From assembly GCA_038208905.1 (NCBI GenBank), contig JBBQYG010000135.1, positions 1-11,188 on the forward strand: 11,188 nucleotides of DNA, in the 5' to 3' direction. The position numbers and the translations under genes were made by a program. The notes below the pieces were generated by a model that saw only the letters and a program-made list of their open reading frames with translations, was not told where the DNA came from and ran no database searches. The DNA comes from Candidatus Sumerlaeia bacterium (GTDB taxonomy: Bacteria > Sumerlaeota > Sumerlaeia > SLMS01). Of the stretch, positions 6,295 through 11,188 are shown one piece after another (positions within the stretch are counted from its first letter, which is position 1; each line of letters starts with the position of its first letter).

Positions 6295-6519
6295 CTAGAA
6301 ATAGGGATAAACGATGGGAGCGGGGGGAACGTAGCGCTCCTCGGTGGTGGGAACGCGGGTATCGCCGAGGGGCTTGGCGACGAGGATGGAAGCCTCCTGC
6401 GCGCGGTCGGCGAGAACCTGGCGGCGGGTCTCGCTGTAGGAATCGGCCACATAGAGAAGGCCGCCGAGAATCGTCACGGCGTAGAGGAGGGCAAACAGCC
6501 TGGCGCGGGATTCATGCAC
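6295..6519 (-). CDS. Small hypothetical single-pass membrane protein (74 aa)
   Basis: GTG start 39 nt after the mrp stop, co-oriented. Hydrophobic segment LFALLYAVTILGGLLYVA, GC-rich third codon positions, and a T-rich tract after the stop. RBS is weak. Confidence 0.5.
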   Translation of the reverse strand: MHESRARLFALLYAVTILGGLLYVADSYSETRRQVLADRAQEASILVAKPLGDTRVPTTEERYVPPAPIVYPYF

Positions 6520-6558
6520 TCGGGGGGCGGGGGCTCCGGCGGGATGGTGCGGCGACGG

Positions 6559-7659
6559 CTACTTTGGGGCTCCGGGGGGCGCCACGTCGAAGCTCTGTCC
6601 CGGGGCGATGGGGCTGGTGGCATTCACAAGGCTAACCTGCTGGGCCAGCTTCTGGGCGATCTCGCGATAGACGAGGGCGAATTCGGAGCCATCGATCGTG
6701 GAGACGGGGACGCCGGTGTCCATGCCTTCCCTGATCTGGGTGTTGAGGGGTACGCGGCCAAGGAAGGGAACGCCAAACTTCCGGGCGGCGTTCTCTCCCC
6801 CGGCGTTGGAGAATATCTCGTCCCGGTGACCGCACTTGGGGCACAGGTAGTAGGACATGTTCTCGACGAGGCCAAGGATCGGAACCTTGACCTTCTGGAA
6901 CATCGCGATGCCTTTCTTGGCGTCCTGCAGGGCGATGTTCTGGGGCGTGGTGACGATGACGGTGCCTGTGAGGGGGACCGTTTGGGAGAGGGAAAGCTGC
7001 ACGTCTCCGGTGCCCGGGGGAAGGTCGATGATGAGGTAGTCGCGCGTGCCCCAGTTGACGTCCTGGAGGAGCTGCTTGAGCACGCCGTGGAGCATCGGTC
7101 CGCGCCAGACAAGGGGCTGATCGTCGCTTACCATGAAGCCCATGGACATGATGGCGATGCCATAGGCCTCGATGGGGATGATGCGGTTGTCCACGACCTT
7201 GGGACGGCCTGTGGCGCCAAGCATGGAGGGCACGTTTGGCCCGTAGATATCGGCATCGAGAATCGCGGTCCGCGCGCCGAGGCGGGCGAGGGAGACGGCG
7301 ATGTTGACGGCGGTGGTGGACTTGCCGACGCCGCCCTTTCCAGAGCCCACCGCGATGATATTGCGAACCCCCGCGATAGCGGTTTTTCCCGCGTCCACCC
7401 GGCCGGCCTTAACCTCTGATGACATGGAGATCCGGATTTCCTTGATCTCTGGAATCCGCCGGATGGCAGCGATGCAATCGCCCTCGATTTTTTCCTTCAT
7501 CGGGCATGCGGGCGTGGTCAGCACCACCGTCAGGGAAACGTTCCCTCCGGCGTCGACCTCGATGTTGCGGATCATGCCGAGGGTGACAAGGTCTTTGTGG
7601 ATATCCGGATCCTCGACGGTGCGAAGCGCGTCGAGGACTTGGTCTTTAAGATCGGGCAT
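6559..7659 (-). CDS. mrp: Mrp/NBP35 family ATP-binding protein (Fe-S cluster carrier, ApbC)
   Basis: N-terminal DUF59/FeS-assembly domain (LRTVEDPDIHKDLVTLGMI, TTPACP), deviant Walker A GKGGVGKST, DADIYGP, WRGPM, DLPPGTGD, ENMSYYLCPKC. GGAG upstream. Confidence 0.97.
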   Translation of the reverse strand: MPDLKDQVLDALRTVEDPDIHKDLVTLGMIRNIEVDAGGNVSLTVVLTTPACPMKEKIEGDCIAAIRRIPEIKEIRISMSSEVKAGRVDAGKTAIAGVRNIIAVGSGKGGVGKSTTAVNIAVSLARLGARTAILDADIYGPNVPSMLGATGRPKVVDNRIIPIEAYGIAIMSMGFMVSDDQPLVWRGPMLHGVLKQLLQDVNWGTRDYLIIDLPPGTGDVQLSLSQTVPLTGTVIVTTPQNIALQDAKKGIAMFQKVKVPILGLVENMSYYLCPKCGHRDEIFSNAGGENAARKFGVPFLGRVPLNTQIREGMDTGVPVSTIDGSEFALVYREIAQKLAQQVSLVNATSPIAPGQSFDVAPPGAPK

Positions 7660-7689
7660 GTGACTCCGGCTTGCGGCCTTGGGCGGTGG

Positions 7690-9399
7690 TTACTTTCCGG
7701 CGTCCTTCTTGAAGCTGACGTGGCGGGCTTCCATGATGCCGAAAAGGAGCTTGGGCTTTCTCTCGGTGATCACGTTGACGGAGCCGCGGTCGGGGGCGTC
7801 CTGCTTGATGGTGAGCAGGCGGCGTGCGGCGCGATCGTTGATGTCGAGCGTGGCCGGCGTGCTGCTTTCCTCCGTGGCGCCAATGTAGTCGGCGCGGAAT
7901 TCGTAGCTGCCGGGCTTGAGCGTCACCTGAAACACGTCCTTGGGCTCGATCACGGTTTCGAGGACGAGTTGGAAGCGGTCCTCCCCCATCGTGGTATCGA
8001 AGGCGCGGAGGAGGATCGGGTCGGAGAGTTCGTTGAAAACCTCGGACTCGTTCCAGATGGGCGTGTAGTCGCTATAGTACTGGTCGGCGGCGCCCTCCCT
8101 CACGGGATGGCGGACCTTGTCCTTGTCCATGGTTCCGGAAAACAGGTCCGACTTGAGCACGATGATAGCGCGCGACTCGGCCCGGAGAGCGCCAAGATTA
8201 ACGGGGCCCTTGGAGGGGGCTGTGGGGGCGTAGGCGAGGACGACGAGGTTGCGCTCGCGCGGGAGGCTGACGTTGCGATAGGTCATGGCAGGGAGTGGTT
8301 CCTTGTACTTGTAAACCAATTCCTCGTCGGGGCCGATGAAGGTCAGGTGCATGGGGAAGGGGGTGTAGTTGATGAACTGGGTATCCTCGAAGCCCTTGCT
8401 CATGTAGGCTTTGCTGGCAAGAAGCTCCGCTTCGAGCTTCGGGGTGTCGGCCTCGAAGTAGGGAATCAGGAGTTGGGTGAGGCCGTTAATGACCTCTTCG
8501 CGCGTGGGCGGGGGAACCGGGGAGGGAGACGGGGTGGCGGCCACTTCGTTGGACGGGGGTGTGGGGATCCAGATCGTGCGGAAGCCAATGTCGTCGCGGG
8601 TTAGGGTGGGCGGATTGGCGTCGCGGGCGGTGGCGCGGAGGGCGTTGAGGCGGCTGAAATAGCTTCCGCCGCGGATGACGCGGGTCTCGCCGTCGCCGGG
8701 CCCCGGGGGATTGTCGCTGGGTGCCTGGGCATAGTACTCGCGGCCAAACCAGTCGGCGACCCATTCGCTGACGTTGCCACTCATATTGAAGATGCCATAG
8801 CCGGAAACGTCTCCAGTGGCTTCCTTCACGGGGGCAGTCAGGCCCTTGGGGCCGCGCTCGGCGACCACTTGTTGGGCCGTGGGGCGGGTGCTTCCCGTGA
8901 CATAAACCGAGTTGCTGGGGCCGCGCGCGGCCTTCTCCCACATGGCCTCCGTGGGGAGCGCCTTGTCGGCCCAGTTGGCGTAGGCGGCGGCGGCGGTCCA
9001 GGGAATCGCGCAGACAGGGCGATCCTCCTCCAGCAGCTTTTCATTGCCGGCGGGGCGGGGGCGCTGGGCCGTGCCGCCGTCGCGGAGGAACGCTGTGTAC
9101 TGCGCATTGGAGATTTCGTACTTGTCGATGTAGAAGGAGCGGAGCGTGACCTCGCGCTCTGGACCCTCGTTGGGCGCCCCGCCGTTGTCGGCGTTCAGGC
9201 CCATCTTGAACGTGCCGTGGGGGATAAGAACCATGACCGAGCCGTCCTTCTCCCAAACGATCTCCTTGGGGAAGGTTGATCCGTGCTCGTTGGGAACCTG
9301 CTCGGTGCCCTCCACGGGCTTGGGCTGGCCGAACGCTGCGCCCGCGAGGACGAGGGTGGCCAGACTGGAGATAATCCCGGCTTTGGCGGAACGCATCAT
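7690..9399 (-). CDS. Secreted formylglycine-generating-enzyme (FGE-sulfatase/SUMF1) domain protein with uncharacterised C-terminal region
   Basis: Preferred start is the ATG at 9399 (AAGGA 8 nt upstream; signal peptide MMRSAKAGIISSLATLVLAGAAFG|QP); the ORF track start at 9483 is an alternative. Motifs MVLIPHGTFKMG, FYIDKYEISNAQY, LPTEAMWEKAARG, YGIFNMSGNVSEWVADW, RVIRGGS, DIGFR, then a Pro-rich linker. Confidence 0.9.
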   Translation of the reverse strand: MMRSAKAGIISSLATLVLAGAAFGQPKPVEGTEQVPNEHGSTFPKEIVWEKDGSVMVLIPHGTFKMGLNADNGGAPNEGPEREVTLRSFYIDKYEISNAQYTAFLRDGGTAQRPRPAGNEKLLEEDRPVCAIPWTAAAAYANWADKALPTEAMWEKAARGPSNSVYVTGSTRPTAQQVVAERGPKGLTAPVKEATGDVSGYGIFNMSGNVSEWVADWFGREYYAQAPSDNPPGPGDGETRVIRGGSYFSRLNALRATARDANPPTLTRDDIGFRTIWIPTPPSNEVAATPSPSPVPPPTREEVINGLTQLLIPYFEADTPKLEAELLASKAYMSKGFEDTQFINYTPFPMHLTFIGPDEELVYKYKEPLPAMTYRNVSLPRERNLVVLAYAPTAPSKGPVNLGALRAESRAIIVLKSDLFSGTMDKDKVRHPVREGAADQYYSDYTPIWNESEVFNELSDPILLRAFDTTMGEDRFQLVLETVIEPKDVFQVTLKPGSYEFRADYIGATEESSTPATLDINDRAARRLLTIKQDAPDRGSVNVITERKPKLLFGIMEARHVSFKKDAGK

Positions 9400-9717
9400 T
9401 GAACGAATCCTTGCTGGCGGATAACCCATGTTGCTACCCCGTCGGATAGAAGAAATCCTCCACGGAGGCAAGCGGCTCTTCATCCCTATTTATACTCGCC
9501 CTGTTGTCTGCCCCACCCAAAGAGGAGAGCAACAGGTTTCAGCCCCCCGGCCCGCGCATCAGACCGGGGCCGACCCGGCAGGGTTGGGCGGGGAAACCGC
9601 GCGAGAGGCGATTTTCCCAAGTTTCCCCTCTGGTGCGAGGTTGAGTTATTGACCGCGTGAGGCTATTCGAGGCAACGTGGTGTCGATTGACAATCTTTCA
9701 CCCCGGAGGGTCCCGCC

Positions 9718-10734
9718 ATGAAGCCCGTGGCGCCGCATCAGGCGCGCTTCTATGAAAAAGCCCCCTGGGACACGGTGATCTGCAAGCTGTGCCCCCACGA
9801 GTGCGTCATCGCGCCCTCGCGGACGGGCGTGTGCGGCGTTCGGACGAATCGCGACGGCGAGTTAACTGTGGACAACTATGGCCGCGTGACGAGCGAGGAC
9901 TTCCTATCATCCGAGGATCTTCCCCTCTATCATTTCAAGCCCTCCATGACCTGGGTGCAGTATTCGGGGCGCGGATGCACGATGCGGTGCCCTTTCTGCA
10001 ATACCTACAACTACAGCCAGGTCGGTGGCGTCCGCTCGTTTGCCATGACGCCCGGCCAGCTCGTCGCTACGGCGATCGAAAAGCGTTGCGGGGGAATTGC
10101 CTTTGGCGTTAACGAGCCAGCCACCATGCACGAGTTCATTTGCGATGTGTTCATGGAAGCGCGGGACGCCGGCCTCCAGACCCATGTCGCCACAGGCGGC
10201 ATGTGGAGCCCCGACGCCCTGCGCGAAGTGGCGCCGATGCTCAGCGCCGCCACCTTCGGCCTCAAGGGCCTGAAGTCCAGCTTCCTTCAGACGATCCTCG
10301 GCGCGGACCTCGATGCGATCCTTGGGAATATCGACCTGCTCATGACGATGGGGGTCCACGTCGAGTTCTCTTGGCTCGTAATCCCCGGGGAGACGGACGA
10401 CCCAGCACAGGCGGAGCCGTTGGCCCGCATTGTGGGCCAATTCGATCAGGTGCCCCCGATCGTCTTGCTCCCGTACCAACCTGCCTTTACATGGAATCGC
10501 GAAGGCGCCGAACTCGGGCACCTGCAAGCGTTTCGCGCCGCGCTGAAGAACGTGTACCCGGGGACGATCTACGAGGCCCACCCGGAAAGCCTCGCCCAGA
10601 ACACCTGCTGCCCCAAGTGCGCCCGCCCCCTCGTCCGCCGCGGCCTCGCCGGCCTGATCGTCACCTCGCATGACGGGGGGCGCGCCAAGGAAAACTGCCC
10701 GGGGTGTGGGACTCCGGTGCCGTATGTAGCGTAG
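9718..10734 (+). CDS. Radical SAM enzyme, AmmeMemoRadiSam (AmrS)/PFL-activase-like, divergent
   Basis: GGAGG RBS. N-terminal CKLCPHEC..GVCGVR, PLYHFKP, radical SAM motif CTMRCPFC (CxxxCxxC), NEP, C-terminal CPKC..CPGC. Confidence 0.88.
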   Translation: MKPVAPHQARFYEKAPWDTVICKLCPHECVIAPSRTGVCGVRTNRDGELTVDNYGRVTSEDFLSSEDLPLYHFKPSMTWVQYSGRGCTMRCPFCNTYNYSQVGGVRSFAMTPGQLVATAIEKRCGGIAFGVNEPATMHEFICDVFMEARDAGLQTHVATGGMWSPDALREVAPMLSAATFGLKGLKSSFLQTILGADLDAILGNIDLLMTMGVHVEFSWLVIPGETDDPAQAEPLARIVGQFDQVPPIVLLPYQPAFTWNREGAELGHLQAFRAALKNVYPGTIYEAHPESLAQNTCCPKCARPLVRRGLAGLIVTSHDGGRAKENCPGCGTPVPYVA

Positions 10735-10836
10735 GGGGGAAAGGCAGGGGGAAGTAGGGAGTGGCAGGAAGAGCACCGCCTTTGCCGTTTCCTGCTTTTC
10801 CCTGCCGTTCCCCGCCTTTTCCTGCCTTTCCCTGCA
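10735..10836. repeat. Intergenic inverted array of 10-bp tandem repeats between convergent genes (possible bidirectional terminator)
   Basis: Right arm CGTTTCCTGC/TTTTCCCTGC/CGTTCCCCGC/CTTTTCCTGC/CTTTCCCTGC (10786-10835). Left arm GCAGGGGGAA/GTAGGGAGTG/GCAGGAAGAG (10744-10773) plus a degenerate unit before it. Consensus GCAGGGAAAG and its reverse complement. Confidence 0.8.
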
Positions 10837-11187
10837 TTACTCCTCAATCGGCTCCACATCAACGCCAACCACCATCCGCTGCTTGCCGCCACCGACGAGG
10901 ACGCCGCGGACAGGGGAGACGTCGTCGTAGTCGCGGCCCCAGGCGAGGGTGATGTGGCTGGCGGAGGGAACGCGGTTATTGGTGGGATCGAAGTCGAGCC
11001 AGCCGAAGCCGGGGAAGTAGACTGACACCCAGGCGTGGGATGCGTCGGCGCCGATGAGGCGCGGCTTGCCGGGGGGCGGGAGCGTGCGCAGGTAGCCGCT
11101 GACGTAGCGCGCCGCGAGTCCCATCGAGCGCAGGCACCCGATCTGAAGATGCGCGAAGTCCTGACAGACGCCCTTGCGCATCCGCAT
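10837..11187 (-). CDS. Transglutaminase-like cysteine protease family protein, C-terminal part (5' end outside window)
   Basis: Catalytic triad motifs GVCQDFAH (Cys), ASHAW (His), DFDPTN (Asp), followed by GRDYDDVSPVRG. Confidence 0.93.
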   Translation of the reverse strand: MRMRKGVCQDFAHLQIGCLRSMGLAARYVSGYLRTLPPPGKPRLIGADASHAWVSVYFPGFGWLDFDPTNNRVPSASHITLAWGRDYDDVSPVRGVLVGGGKQRMVVGVDVEPIEE

Positions 11188-11188
11188 G

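Noticed and set aside
6073..9279. Plus-strand ORFs 6073-7419, 7597-8604 and 8869-9279
   Set aside because: Antisense to mrp and the FGE-domain gene; a typical codon-bias artefact.
7690..9399. Annotation as an active formylglycine-generating enzyme
   Set aside because: The catalytic cysteine pair is absent and no sulfatase gene is adjacent.
5210..9599. Shared 10-mer GGGGAAACCG in two intergenic regions (5210-5219 and 9590-9599)
   Set aside because: A single 10-mer match between GC-rich regions of this size is plausible by chance, and it is not palindromic.
9641..9700. Sigma70-like hexamers and the small palindrome GATTGACAATC in the divergent promoter region
   Set aside because: No convincing -35/-10 pair on the plus strand and only a weak TTGTCA-17-TCGAAT on the minus strand; not enough to call.
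9907..10776. Minus-strand 289-aa ORF
   Set aside because: Antisense to the radical SAM gene, starts inside the intergenic repeat, and has no motifs.

Overview
GC-rich bacterial window with 9 supportable CDSs. The left half (1-4960, minus strand) is a likely three-gene operon of secreted proteins resembling a cellulosome-type cohesin-dockerin assembly system, with no recognisable glycoside hydrolase in view. It encodes (i) a 917-aa protein with parallel beta-helix, E1-FCCH-like, TSP3 and C-terminal dockerin modules, (ii) a 230-aa single cohesin-like protein ending in a short VNDWMMLSD tail, and (iii) a scaffoldin-like protein with at least 3 tandem ~150-aa cohesin-like modules and a Pro/Thr linker. 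Gene (iii) is missing from the ORF track because it runs off the window. GC-rich hairpins separate the three genes. The right half holds an orphan microcompartment-type (flavoprotein/PduM-like) gene with an encapsulation-peptide-like N-terminus, a possible small membrane protein, Mrp/ApbC, a secreted non-catalytic FGE-sulfatase-domain protein, a divergent AmmeMemoRadiSam-type radical SAM enzyme and a partial transglutaminase-like gene. Two intergenic elements are built from short tandem repeats arranged as inverted arms (9-bp and 10-bp periods). All domain calls come from reading motifs by eye, not from database searches. The host guess (Candidatus Sumerlaeota/BRC1-like) is a weak inference.
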